Source: a bacterium (GTDB lineage: Bacteria > Eisenbacteria > RBG-16-71-46). Taken from it: DNA of 30,591 nt. The stretch covers positions 1 to 30,591 of the forward strand of contig JAYWEM010000011.1 of the NCBI GenBank assembly GCA_043779265.1, given 5' to 3'. The notes under the pieces were generated by a model, which did no database searches, was not told where the DNA came from, and worked only from the letters and a program-made list of their open reading frames with translations. The position numbers and the translations under genes were made by a program. Positions 1-8,879 of this stretch are shown one piece after another; position 1 is the stretch's first letter; every line of letters begins with the position of its first letter.

Positions 1-783
1 GCCGCGGCCCGCCCCGAGCACTCGGAGTACGTGCACCGCTTCCTCGCGCACCGCGGTGTGCGGGTGGAACTCAATGCCCGGGTCGATCGTGTGGAGCCGC
101 GCCGCGTTCATCTGGGCGACGGTCGTGCGCTCGACGGCTTCACGCTCCTCTGGACCGCTGGCGTGGCGCCTCCTGACGTCCTCCGTGGCCTTCCGGTCGC
201 TCATCACCGCGACGGCCGCGTGCTGGTCGATGAGCACTTGCGAGCCCGGACCGAAGACGGCGGAGTGCGGGAAGACGTTTTCGTGGCGGGCGATTGCGCC
301 GCCTCGGCCGATGCGGAGGGCGTCATGCAGCCGCAGTTGGCGCAGACGGCGATCGCGATGGGTGCGAGTGTCGGCGACTCGTTGGTGCGCATCGCCCGAG
401 GTCGGCCACTGTCCGCTTTCAATTGGCATCAGAGCGGCTACATCATCTCGCTCGGCAAGCACAGTTCGGTGGTCGAACTGTTCGGGCTTCCGCTTTCGGG
501 AAAGCTGGCCTGGCTCCTGTGGGCGGGAACGTACCTGGCCAAGATGGTGGGCTTGCGCAAGCAGATCGAAGTCGGGCTCGACCACCTGACCCACACCGTG
601 TTCGAGCATGACACGTCGCAGATCCTGAATCGTCGCGCGGTGCTCTCCGACGACGAATTGGATCTCTCTCTTGGGGAGTCGGGTTCGGACCCGCAACGGA
701 CGGTCCCGCTGCAGGATAGGCCCGCCCCCGAGCCCTCGGGCCGCCCTGGTCCTCATGCCGGAGCCCCCGCCGGCCGAGACTGA
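1..783 (+). CDS. Type II NADH dehydrogenase-like FAD-dependent oxidoreductase, C-terminal part (5' truncated by window edge)
   Basis: Frame 1 is open from base 1. Motifs LLWTAGV, VFVAGDCA, PQLAQTA, ISLG and SGKLAWLLW...YL are typical of the NDH-2 C-terminal half. Stop TGA at 781-783. Confidence 0.8.
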   Translation, partial: AAARPEHSEYVHRFLAHRGVRVELNARVDRVEPRRVHLGDGRALDGFTLLWTAGVAPPDVLRGLPVAHHRDGRVLVDEHLRARTEDGGVREDVFVAGDCAASADAEGVMQPQLAQTAIAMGASVGDSLVRIARGRPLSAFNWHQSGYIISLGKHSSVVELFGLPLSGKLAWLLWAGTYLAKMVGLRKQIEVGLDHLTHTVFEHDTSQILNRRAVLSDDELDLSLGESGSDPQRTVPLQDRPAPEPSGRPGPHAGAPAGRD

Positions 784-863
784 GCAGGGACCGGGGCCTC
801 GGCGGGCGGACGCCTGCCATGCATTCTCCGACTCTTCGACACACACACTCCCAAGGGGATTCG

Positions 864-2315
864 ATGGATTCCTTCGATCTCGTGGTCATCGGCAGCGGCC
901 CCGGCGGACAGCGCGCGGCGATCCAAGCGGCCAAGCTGGGCAAGCGCGTCGCGATCGTCGAGCGTCGCCACGAGATGGGTGGTGTGTGCATCAACACCGG
1001 CACCATCCCGAGCAAGAGCCTTCGCGAGGCGGTGCTCGACCTGTCGGGGAACCGGCAGCGCCGACTCTATGGTGAGGACTTCGCGCCGCAGCGGCGGCCG
1101 ACGATGTCCGACCTGCTCGCACGCGCGCAGGTGGTGATGAGCGCCGAGCGCGAGGTCATCCGCGCCCAGCTGAAGCGCAACGGCATCAAGCTCTATGAGG
1201 GCGATGGGCGCTTCGCGGCGCCGCACACGCTCCAGGTCGTCGATGGCGAAGAGATCCACACGCTCCAGGCGGCGCAAGTGGTGATCGCTGTGGGCACGGT
1301 GCCCGGACTCCCGAGCGGGATCGAGGTCGATCATCGTGTCGTGCTGACAAGTGACGATCTCCTCACGATGACCGATCTGCCGCGGCAGATGCTGGTCGTC
1401 GGCGCCGGGATCGTGGGCCTCGAGTACGGCAGTATGCTCGCCGCGCTCGGAGTCGAGGTGACGCTCGTGGACAAGCGGTCGCAGCTGCTCGACATGGTCG
1501 ATCGCGAGATCGTGGATGCCTTCTGCTACCACGCCCGCGAGAACGGCATGACGCTGCGGCTCGGCGAGGAAGTCGATCGCATCGAGACCGGCACGAACGG
1601 CCATGCGGTCGTGACGATGAAGAGCGGCAAGCGCACGGTGGCCGAGATGGTGCTCGTCTCCGCGGGGCGCGTCGGAGCGACTGCCGGACTGCAACTCGAG
1701 AAGTGCGGACTGACCTCCGATGACCGCGGTCGCATCTCCGTGGATGAGCACTATCAGACAGTCGTACCGCACATCTACGCAGTGGGCGACGTGGTCGGGT
1801 ATCCGGCACTCGCCTCGACCGGTGCGGAGCAGGGCCGGCACGCGTCGTGTCACATGTTCGGCGTCGAGACGCGCAGCATGCCGAAGTTGTTCCCGTTCGG
1901 CATCTACGCGATCCCCGAGATCAGTTGGGTCGGCGCCACCGAGGCCGAGCTGACGCAGCAGGGCGTGCCGTTCGAGACTGGCGTCGCGCGCTACAAGGAG
2001 ATCGCGCGCGGGCACATCCTCGGCGACGAGAATGGTCTGTTGAAGCTCGTGTTCCACATCGACACTCGCCAGATCCTCGGCGTATGGTGCATGGGAACCC
2101 AGGCTACCGAGTTGGTGCATATCGGGCAGGCGGTGATGGCGCTCGGCGGCACGCTCGACTACTTCGTCTCGAACGTCTTCAACTACCCGACGCTCGCGGA
2201 GTGCTACAAAGTGGCCGCACTCGATGGCTTCAACAAACTGCGCGACCTGGGAGCCGCCTCCCAGAGCTCGTCGCGCCCGGAGCCGACCACATGGGAGACG
2301 TCCGAGGAACACTGA
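864..2315 (+). CDS. sthA: Soluble pyridine nucleotide transhydrogenase
   Basis: FAD motif VIGSGPGG; GGVCINTGTIPSK (single Cys, CxxxxT rather than the CxxxxC disulfide); VGAGIVGLEY; C-terminal HIGQAVM...FNYPTLAECYKVAALDG. SD-like AAGGGG precedes ATG 864. Confidence 0.92.
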   Translation: MDSFDLVVIGSGPGGQRAAIQAAKLGKRVAIVERRHEMGGVCINTGTIPSKSLREAVLDLSGNRQRRLYGEDFAPQRRPTMSDLLARAQVVMSAEREVIRAQLKRNGIKLYEGDGRFAAPHTLQVVDGEEIHTLQAAQVVIAVGTVPGLPSGIEVDHRVVLTSDDLLTMTDLPRQMLVVGAGIVGLEYGSMLAALGVEVTLVDKRSQLLDMVDREIVDAFCYHARENGMTLRLGEEVDRIETGTNGHAVVTMKSGKRTVAEMVLVSAGRVGATAGLQLEKCGLTSDDRGRISVDEHYQTVVPHIYAVGDVVGYPALASTGAEQGRHASCHMFGVETRSMPKLFPFGIYAIPEISWVGATEAELTQQGVPFETGVARYKEIARGHILGDENGLLKLVFHIDTRQILGVWCMGTQATELVHIGQAVMALGGTLDYFVSNVFNYPTLAECYKVAALDGFNKLRDLGAASQSSSRPEPTTWETSEEH

Positions 2316-2710
2316 CGCTCGAGTCCATCGACTCGGGACTGCGATTCCGCGCCGAGTTCGGCTCGTTCCACCACATTCTCGACAGCGGCGAGCAAGCGGT
2401 GGGGCCATCGCCCCTGATGGCCCTGCTCGAGGCCCTGGCCGGTTGTGTGGCGATGGATGTGGTCAGCATCCTGCGCAAGAAGCGGCTCGTCGTAACCGAC
2501 TATCGCGTCGAGATGCTGGCCGAGCGCTCGGAGACGCACCCGAAGCGCTTCACGTCCGTCTCGCTGGTGCACCACGTCACCGGCCGTGCGATCGATCCCG
2601 CGACGGTGGCCGAGACGGTGCGGCTCTCCGATGAGAAGTACTGCTCGGTTCGCCACACGCTCGATCCCGCGCTGCGAGTGACACATCGCATCGAGGTGCA
2701 TCCGGCCTGA
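2291..2710 (+). CDS. OsmC/Ohr family protein (YhfA-like)
   Basis: GPSPLMALLEALAGC...MDVVSILRK and EKYCSV carry the two conserved Cys. GGAG precedes ATG 2291; overlaps the sthA end by 25 nt. Confidence 0.88.
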   Translation: MGDVRGTLTLESIDSGLRFRAEFGSFHHILDSGEQAVGPSPLMALLEALAGCVAMDVVSILRKKRLVVTDYRVEMLAERSETHPKRFTSVSLVHHVTGRAIDPATVAETVRLSDEKYCSVRHTLDPALRVTHRIEVHPA

Positions 2711-2850
2711 GTCCGGCCAGCCTCGCGCCGGCAGGCGGCGGGGATTACAGTCGCCCCCGGTCCAATCGCATCGCTCCCGACCTGCTGCCCGGGCGCGCGT
2801 CCATCACCTGCGCGGGCGGTAGGCTAGCGCTCACGTCCACGGGATCCACC

Positions 2851-4251
2851 ATGTCCGAGTTCCGCATCGAGAAGGACAGCCTCGGCGAGATGCAGGTGCC
2901 GGCGTCCGCCCTCTGGGGTCCGCAGACGCAGCGCGCCGTCGAGAACTTCCCCATCTCCGGGGCGCCGCTGCCTCCCTCGTTCATCCACACGCTCGGCCTC
3001 GTGAAGGCCGCTGCCGCCCGGGTCAACGCCTCGCTCGGGACGATCGATCCGGGCGTTGCCGCGGCCATCGAAAAGGCAGCACTCGAAGTGGCCGAGGGCA
3101 AGTGGGACGCCGAGTTCCCGATCGACGTGTTCCAGACGGGGAGCGGCACCAGCTCGAACATGAATGCGAATGAGGTCATCGCCCGCCTCGCCTCGAGGCA
3201 GTCGGGGCTCGCGGTCCATCCCAATGACCACGTGAATTTCGGACAGAGCAGCAACGACGTGATCCCGACGGTGATGCATGTGGCGGCCGTGGTGCGCATC
3301 GAGCGCGACCTGCTACCGGCGCTCGCCCAGTTGTGGAAAGCACTCGATGCGAAGTCGCGCGAGTTCCACGACGTGCTCAAGTCGGGCCGAACGCATCTGA
3401 TGGATGCCACGCCCATCCGGCTCGGTCAGGAGTTCTCGGGCTACGCCTCGCAGATCCAGCACGGAATCGCGCGGGTCCAGGCCACGCTGCCCGACCTGCG
3501 TGAGTTGGCGATCGGCGGGACTGCCGTTGGGACGGGGCTGAACACGCACCCGGAGTTCGGTCGTCGGATGGCGATGGAGATCGGCGCGATGGCGGGCACG
3601 CGGTTCTCGGAGGCGCCGAACCACTTCGAGGCGCAGGGGGCCCAGGATGGCGCGTGCTGGACGAGCGGCGCGCTCAATTCGGTGGCCGCGAGTCTGATGA
3701 AGATCGCGAATGACATCCGGCTCATGGCCTCGGGGCCGCGCTGCGGGTTGGGCGAGTTGCAGCTGCCCGCGATCCAGCCCGGATCGAGCATCATGCCGGG
3801 CAAGGTGAACCCCGTCGTGTGCGAGGCGGTGATCATGGTCGGCGCGCAGGTGATGGGCAATCACATGGCGATCACGGTCGGCGCGCAGTGGGGACAGCTC
3901 GACCTCAACACCATGCTCCCGATGATGGCGCGCAACCTGCTCGAGAGTATCCACCTGCTCGCGAACGCATCGCGTGTGTTCGCTGGCAAGGCGATCGACG
4001 GGCTGACGGCCGATGCGGAGGCCTGCCTCGCCTACGTCGAGATCTCGCCGAGCATGGCGACCGCTCTGAATCCTCTGATCGGCTATGACCAGGCCGCCGA
4101 GATCGCCAAGCGGAGTTTCCGCGAGCGTCGCCCGGTGCGCGAGCTGGCGAGCGAGATGACCTCGCTCAGCAAGGCCGAGATCGATGCCGCGCTCGACCCG
4201 GCGCGCCAGACCGAACCGGGGCTCGATCTGGGCGGCGGCGCGGGCGGTTGA
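2851..4251 (+). CDS. fumC: Class II fumarate hydratase
   Basis: QTGSGTSSNMNANEV, HPNDHVN, GRTHLMDATP (His-containing, fumarase-type) and the GSSIMPGKVNP signature. Confidence 0.93.
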   Translation: MSEFRIEKDSLGEMQVPASALWGPQTQRAVENFPISGAPLPPSFIHTLGLVKAAAARVNASLGTIDPGVAAAIEKAALEVAEGKWDAEFPIDVFQTGSGTSSNMNANEVIARLASRQSGLAVHPNDHVNFGQSSNDVIPTVMHVAAVVRIERDLLPALAQLWKALDAKSREFHDVLKSGRTHLMDATPIRLGQEFSGYASQIQHGIARVQATLPDLRELAIGGTAVGTGLNTHPEFGRRMAMEIGAMAGTRFSEAPNHFEAQGAQDGACWTSGALNSVAASLMKIANDIRLMASGPRCGLGELQLPAIQPGSSIMPGKVNPVVCEAVIMVGAQVMGNHMAITVGAQWGQLDLNTMLPMMARNLLESIHLLANASRVFAGKAIDGLTADAEACLAYVEISPSMATALNPLIGYDQAAEIAKRSFRERRPVRELASEMTSLSKAEIDAALDPARQTEPGLDLGGGAGG

Positions 4252-5261
4252 GCACGATGGATTGGTTGGCCGCCCACCGGTTGCCGGATCACGAGTGGCT
4301 CGCGAACCGGCTGTCGGAGGCTCGCAGCATCGTGTCATCCGCGGCGAACCGGACGCCGGTGATGCGCTCTCGCATGCTCGACGATCGTCTCGGGGCCGAG
4401 GTGTTCCTCAAGTGCGAGTTGTTCCAGCGTGGCGGGGCATTCAAGTTCCGAGGCGCATGGCATGCGATCTCGAGGTTGGAACCGGCGGCACGTTCGCGTG
4501 GCGTCGTGGCGTACTCCTCGGGGAACCACGCGCAGGCCGTCTCGCTCGCGGCACGCGAGTTCGGTATCCCCGCCACCATCGTGATGCCCTCGTCGGCTCC
4601 CGCCACGAAGATCGCGGCGACGCGCGGTTATGGAGCCGAGGTGCTGTTCCATGACCTGATCGGCGTGAGCCGCGAGGAGTTGTCCGAGCGCGTCTCGGCC
4701 GAACGCGGAGCCGTGCTGGTCCCGCCGTTCGATCATCCCGACATCGTCTGCGGTCAGGCCACCGCGGCTGCGGAGCTGTTCGAGGAAGTCGGCCCGCTCG
4801 ACTTGCTCGTCACGCCGCTCGGAGGCGGGGGGCTGCTCTCGGGCAGCGCACTCGCCGCGGCTGTGGATGGGCGGGGCTGCCAGGTGTGGGGCGTCGAGCC
4901 CGAAGCGGGGGATGATGGTGCGAGGTCGTTCGCGAGTGGCCGACTTGTGCGAGTCGAATCGCCTGACACGATCGCCGATGGGGCCCGAACGCCTTCGTTG
5001 AGCCCGCTGACGTTCGCGCTGGTCCAACGCTACGTCACGGGTGTGACGACCGTGCCGGATCCCGCTCTGATCTCAGCCATGAGGATCCTGTGGGAGCGTA
5101 TGAAGCTCGTGGTCGAGCCGACGGGGGCGCTGGGTATCGCCGCGCTCCTCGAGGGCCGACTGCCGCGAGGCGCAAGTCGCGTGGGCGTGGTCATCTCGGG
5201 CGGTAACGTCGACCTGGCGGCCGCAGGAGAGTGGTTCTCCCGGGAGACCGGGCTCTCCTGA
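4248..5261 (+). CDS. PLP-dependent serine/threonine dehydratase family enzyme (threo-3-hydroxyaspartate ammonia-lyase / serine racemase-like), no regulatory domain
   Basis: FLKCELFQRGGAFKFRGA (PLP lysine), SSGNHAQ, PLGGGGLLSG, DTIADG, ISGGN. Start is either TTG 4248 overlapping the fumC stop or ATG 4257. Confidence 0.88.
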   Translation: MSTMDWLAAHRLPDHEWLANRLSEARSIVSSAANRTPVMRSRMLDDRLGAEVFLKCELFQRGGAFKFRGAWHAISRLEPAARSRGVVAYSSGNHAQAVSLAAREFGIPATIVMPSSAPATKIAATRGYGAEVLFHDLIGVSREELSERVSAERGAVLVPPFDHPDIVCGQATAAAELFEEVGPLDLLVTPLGGGGLLSGSALAAAVDGRGCQVWGVEPEAGDDGARSFASGRLVRVESPDTIADGARTPSLSPLTFALVQRYVTGVTTVPDPALISAMRILWERMKLVVEPTGALGIAALLEGRLPRGASRVGVVISGGNVDLAAAGEWFSRETGLS

Positions 5262-5396
5262 AGGTTGCGCGGGAGCCAGACAGCCCGGTGGGGCTTCAAT
5301 CCGCGGCCGATCGACCGATACTCTGAGCGACGGGTGGCCTCCACCCGGTCGTGGCCACCGCCCCACTCCGCCCCAAGGGCCGAGGTCGACCGAAGC

Positions 5397-5813
5397 ATGC
5401 CAGACCTTCCCAACTCCCGAGTCCCGTCCGAATCCCCGAAGGCTCGCTGCCCCGAGGCGCTGGCCGGCGTGCTCGATTGGAAGGCCGCCGTCCGTCGGCT
5501 CGATGGGGATGAGGACTTCATGCACGAGTTGTGCAAGCTGTTCCTCGAGGAGGCTCACTCGATGCGTTCGAGGCTCGAGTCTGCAGTCGCATCCGAGGAC
5601 CTCGCCGTGCTGTTGCGCGCAGCGCACAACCTGAGGGGCGCGGGCGGGACGCTCGCAGCGACGCGGCTCACGGAGCTTGCGGAGTCGATCGAGAACCTGG
5701 CACACGAGGGCCGCTCGGACGAGGCTCATGCACTCGCGCCGACCATGCTCGTGGAGTTCGATCGATTGGTGGCGGCTCTGCTCCTCAGCCGCGAGGATCG
5801 CGCGGCCGCCTGA
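5397..5813 (+). CDS. Stand-alone Hpt (histidine phosphotransfer) domain protein
   Basis: LDW...RLDGDEDF...LF and AHNLRGAG (AHxLKG-type phospho-His motif) in a helical domain; start codon uncertain. Confidence 0.8.
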   Translation: MPDLPNSRVPSESPKARCPEALAGVLDWKAAVRRLDGDEDFMHELCKLFLEEAHSMRSRLESAVASEDLAVLLRAAHNLRGAGGTLAATRLTELAESIENLAHEGRSDEAHALAPTMLVEFDRLVAALLLSREDRAAA

Positions 5814-5826
5814 GTTGCAGTGCGGA

Positions 5827-7053
5827 TCAGTAGTCCTCGATCCCCGCCAGTCGGAGCGACTCACGAAGATCCGACTCGGTGTGCACGCCGAGTAACGTGT
5901 CCACGATGATACCGTCGCGGCCGATGACAACGGTCAGCGGGATCGATCGGGCGCCGTAGCGGTCCCCCACCGACCCGTCGCGGTCCATGAGCACGGGCAC
6001 GCGCACTCCGGTCTGGGTCAGGTACTGCTGGACCTTGGGCGTCTCCTCGCGAAGGTTCACCGCGAAGATCCGGACGCCTCGATCCTTCAGCGCCTGATGC
6101 GCCTGGTCGACGATCGGCATCCAACGGCGGCACGGTCCGCACCAGGTCGCCCAGAAGTCCAGGACCACGACCTGGCCCTTGAGCCCGGCGAGATCGACGG
6201 ATTCGCCATCGAGACCCTTGAGGTGGAAGTCCGCGGCCACCTGCCCATTCAGCGAAGGTCCGCTCGAGTCCGTTCCCAGCTTGCGCACGCGAACGCTGCC
6301 GGCAGGCGGGCGAAAGGCGAACAGCGAGTCGTGCGGCGCTGAACCAAGCGCGAGCGTCACCATGCGTCGATCGAGCACCGACGACATCGTTCCACGCTGC
6401 GGATGTTCGAGTGTGATCTCGGCGGAGTCGCGCACGACGAGTCCGGTGGCGCGGTCGATCCAGTGCGTGCGCGTCGAGGTCGAGATGCCGGAGGCGCTGG
6501 TGTCGGGCTCGTAGCGGACATCGACGCGGTCGCACTGCAGCACCCGATCGGCGAGCCGGAGCGTGTCACGGCCCGAACGTCGGCTGCTCCGCATGCCCTG
6601 AGTGAGCGGGGCCATGTCGAGCAACGGGTGGAGGGGTGAGCCATTGGGCTGGCCGATCATGTTCGAAGCGGACGCCGCCGACTTCATCGACTTCTGCGTG
6701 TACTGAGCGAGCATCGGCGCGTGGCTCCAGAGCGTGTCGCCATCGGAGAGGGTCACGGTGGTCATGTGCGGATTCGCCATCTCGCTGCGCGAGCGAGCCG
6801 ATGTCCGGTCGGCCGCCATGAGCATGGGTACCTCGAGTTTCTGGTCGAGTTGGCCGCCGAGGAGGTGCTGCGACAGTGCCACCTGGATCCGGTAGCGATC
6901 CGTCCGGTGGTGCCTCGCCAAGGCGGTGTCGAGCAGTGCGGCACCAGAGGCGTCGAGCCTGCTCGAAGCAGCGGACCGCTTGGCGGGCGCGGCATCGGCG
7001 GGGCCACCCACGAGCAGGGCGAGCAGCGGCAGCGAGGCGAGGTGGGTGCGCAT
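5827..7053 (-). CDS. Exported TlpA/ResA-family disulfide reductase with N-terminal LolA-like domain
   Basis: Signal peptide MRTHLASLPLLALLVGGPADA; LolA-like segment LSDGDTLWSHAPMLAQYT...WIDRATGLV...LFAFRPPAG; C-terminal VVVLDFWATWCGPC...SIPLTVVIGRDG. SD GAGGA precedes ATG 7053. Confidence 0.85.
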   Translation of the reverse strand: MRTHLASLPLLALLVGGPADAAPAKRSAASSRLDASGAALLDTALARHHRTDRYRIQVALSQHLLGGQLDQKLEVPMLMAADRTSARSRSEMANPHMTTVTLSDGDTLWSHAPMLAQYTQKSMKSAASASNMIGQPNGSPLHPLLDMAPLTQGMRSSRRSGRDTLRLADRVLQCDRVDVRYEPDTSASGISTSTRTHWIDRATGLVVRDSAEITLEHPQRGTMSSVLDRRMVTLALGSAPHDSLFAFRPPAGSVRVRKLGTDSSGPSLNGQVAADFHLKGLDGESVDLAGLKGQVVVLDFWATWCGPCRRWMPIVDQAHQALKDRGVRIFAVNLREETPKVQQYLTQTGVRVPVLMDRDGSVGDRYGARSIPLTVVIGRDGIIVDTLLGVHTESDLRESLRLAGIEDY

Positions 7054-7100
7054 CGTGGTCCTCATCTGAGGTGGCACGGACATCGGGGGCGGACAGTCTA

Positions 7101-7129
7101 CCGGACTCCACCCTGTGGGCGGAGTCCGG
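7101..7129. terminator. GC-rich inverted repeat downstream of pgi-like gene (possible terminator or operator)
   Basis: CCGGACTCC(7101-7109)...GGAGTCCGG(7121-7129), perfect 9-bp arms with inner CCC/GGG pairing; no U-tract. Confidence 0.4.
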
Positions 7130-7184
7130 AGCCTGTGAAGCCCACAACCGACCCGCGGCTCGGATGCCTCGGTCGTCGGTCCGA

Positions 7185-8879
7185 TCAGCGCAGGACGGCC
7201 GCGAAGGCCCGGGTCAGTCGCTCCAGCCCGGCATCGACCTCGGAGCCCAAGTGCACACGGAGCACGCGCCGACCACGCTCGGCGAGCACGTCGAAATCGC
7301 CGGCGGCCTGCGCGGCTCGCAGCACCGAGAAGCTGAACGTGGAGCCGGGGATCGCAAGCTCCCCCTCGTCGCAGGTCAGCTGCAGGAACACGCCCGTCGC
7401 GGGCCCACCCTTGTGCAACTGACCGGTCGAGTGGAGGAAGCGCGGGCCATAGCCGAGCGTCGTTGCGACACGCGCCCGGTCGCGGATGGCGAGGCGGAGT
7501 GTCTGTAGCGCGGCATGCCGGGCATCGGTTCGATGCACGTAGGCGAGGAGCGCGAAGTAGTCGGAGGGCTCGAGCCAGCTGGCCACGGCATCGGCCCACT
7601 GCTCGGCCGAGGCTCCCAGCGTCAACGTCACGGACTCGGGGAGGTAGGCGGAGAGCCCATCCGAGACAGCCGAGGCCACGCGCTCCGGGAAGCGCCCTGT
7701 CTGCGCGGTCACATCCAGGACGCGCTGAGTCGCGGCCTTGGCCGCCGAGACATCGGGCTCATCGAAGGGGTTGACCGCCATCGCGGCAGCCGCCGTCGCC
7801 GTCGCGATCTCCCAGCGAAGCATGTCGGCGCCGAGTGCCAGCAGGTCCGGAAGGCTCTCGCGCAGCACGGGATGCCCAGCGGCTTCCAGCGCATCGAGCG
7901 CGGTCGCTGTCGAAGCCGGCAGGTGGGGGGCGCCGATCGCGACGAAGACGCGGTCGTTGCCATAGTGGATGGGTGCCGCGAGCGGCTCCTCGGTCACCGG
8001 CAGGATGCCGACGCCGGACTTGCCCGTGCTCTCGGCCACCAACTGCTCGATCCACGTTCCGTACGAGGCGAGCGCGGGCGGCAGCACGAGCGTGAGCTTG
8101 TCGCGGCCCGCCTTCGCCAACGTCCCCAGGGCAGCACCCAGCTCGATGCCCGCACCGGAATCGGTCTCCAGATGACGCCGTTCGGAGATCGCCGCATCGA
8201 GCAGCTTCGCGACATCGATGCCGAGCAGGGCCGCGGGCACGAGCCCGAAGCGCGAGAGTGCGGAGTAGCGGCCGCCGATGTCGGCGGGATTGATGAAGGT
8301 CCGGCGATAGCCTCGGCTCGTGGCGAGCGCCGCCAGCGATGTGCCGGGATCCGTGATCGCGATGAACGCCTTGCCCGTGGAGTCACCGCGAACCGCCTGG
8401 ACCCGCTCCCAGAAGTAGCTCTCGAACGAGACGACTTCGAGCGTTCCGCCTGACTTGGAGGCGACCACGAACAGCGTGTGCTCGAGGTCGTGCGCGTCGG
8501 CCACGGCGCGGACTGCAGCCGGGGATGTGTTGTCGAGGATCGTCAGCTCGAGCGCGCCCTTGGCGACGCCGAACGTGAGTCGCAGCACCTCGGGCGCGAG
8601 GCTCGAGCCGCCCATGCCGAGGAGCACGGCGTGCGTGAAGCCCTCGGAGGCGACTTCGCGTGCGAACGCCGCGAGCGATTCGGCATCCGGACGCATCGCC
8701 GCCGGAGAATCGAGCCAACCGAGTCGGTTGGCGGCGACCTTGCGGTGCGCGGGGTCGTCACCCCAGATGCGGTCATCGTGCGCCAGGAGACGGCGACCGA
8801 TCTGCGCCTGCACCAGTCGTCCCAGAGTCTCGCGGACCGCCGCCTCGTGGACGCCCAGGCTCATCCGAAGTGCGCTCAT
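7185..8879 (-). CDS. pgi: Glucose-6-phosphate isomerase (type seen in Tal/Pgi bifunctional proteins)
   Basis: NRLGWL, LLGMGGSSL, VASKSGGTLE, ITDPGT, IGGRYSALS, EQLVAESTGK, NPFDEPDV, GPRFLHSTGQLHKGG. ATGA overlap with the tal stop. Confidence 0.88.
   Translation of the reverse strand: MSALRMSLGVHEAAVRETLGRLVQAQIGRRLLAHDDRIWGDDPAHRKVAANRLGWLDSPAAMRPDAESLAAFAREVASEGFTHAVLLGMGGSSLAPEVLRLTFGVAKGALELTILDNTSPAAVRAVADAHDLEHTLFVVASKSGGTLEVVSFESYFWERVQAVRGDSTGKAFIAITDPGTSLAALATSRGYRRTFINPADIGGRYSALSRFGLVPAALLGIDVAKLLDAAISERRHLETDSGAGIELGAALGTLAKAGRDKLTLVLPPALASYGTWIEQLVAESTGKSGVGILPVTEEPLAAPIHYGNDRVFVAIGAPHLPASTATALDALEAAGHPVLRESLPDLLALGADMLRWEIATATAAAAMAVNPFDEPDVSAAKAATQRVLDVTAQTGRFPERVASAVSDGLSAYLPESVTLTLGASAEQWADAVASWLEPSDYFALLAYVHRTDARHAALQTLRLAIRDRARVATTLGYGPRFLHSTGQLHKGGPATGVFLQLTCDEGELAIPGSTFSFSVLRAAQAAGDFDVLAERGRRVLRVHLGSEVDAGLERLTRAFAAVLR

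Noticed and set aside
753..2408. Long antisense ORFs (e.g. 753-2408, 9641-11221, 16104-17672, 21206-23338, 23290-25053, 29208-30362)
   Set aside because: Shadow ORFs opposite well-supported genes, expected from high-GC codon bias; no recognisable motifs.
7054..7599. N-terminal extension of the TlpA ORF (590 aa); likewise upstream extensions of the OsmC (1847) and actD (24309) ORFs
   Set aside because: They overlap real upstream genes out of frame; better starts with SD or stop-start overlaps exist.
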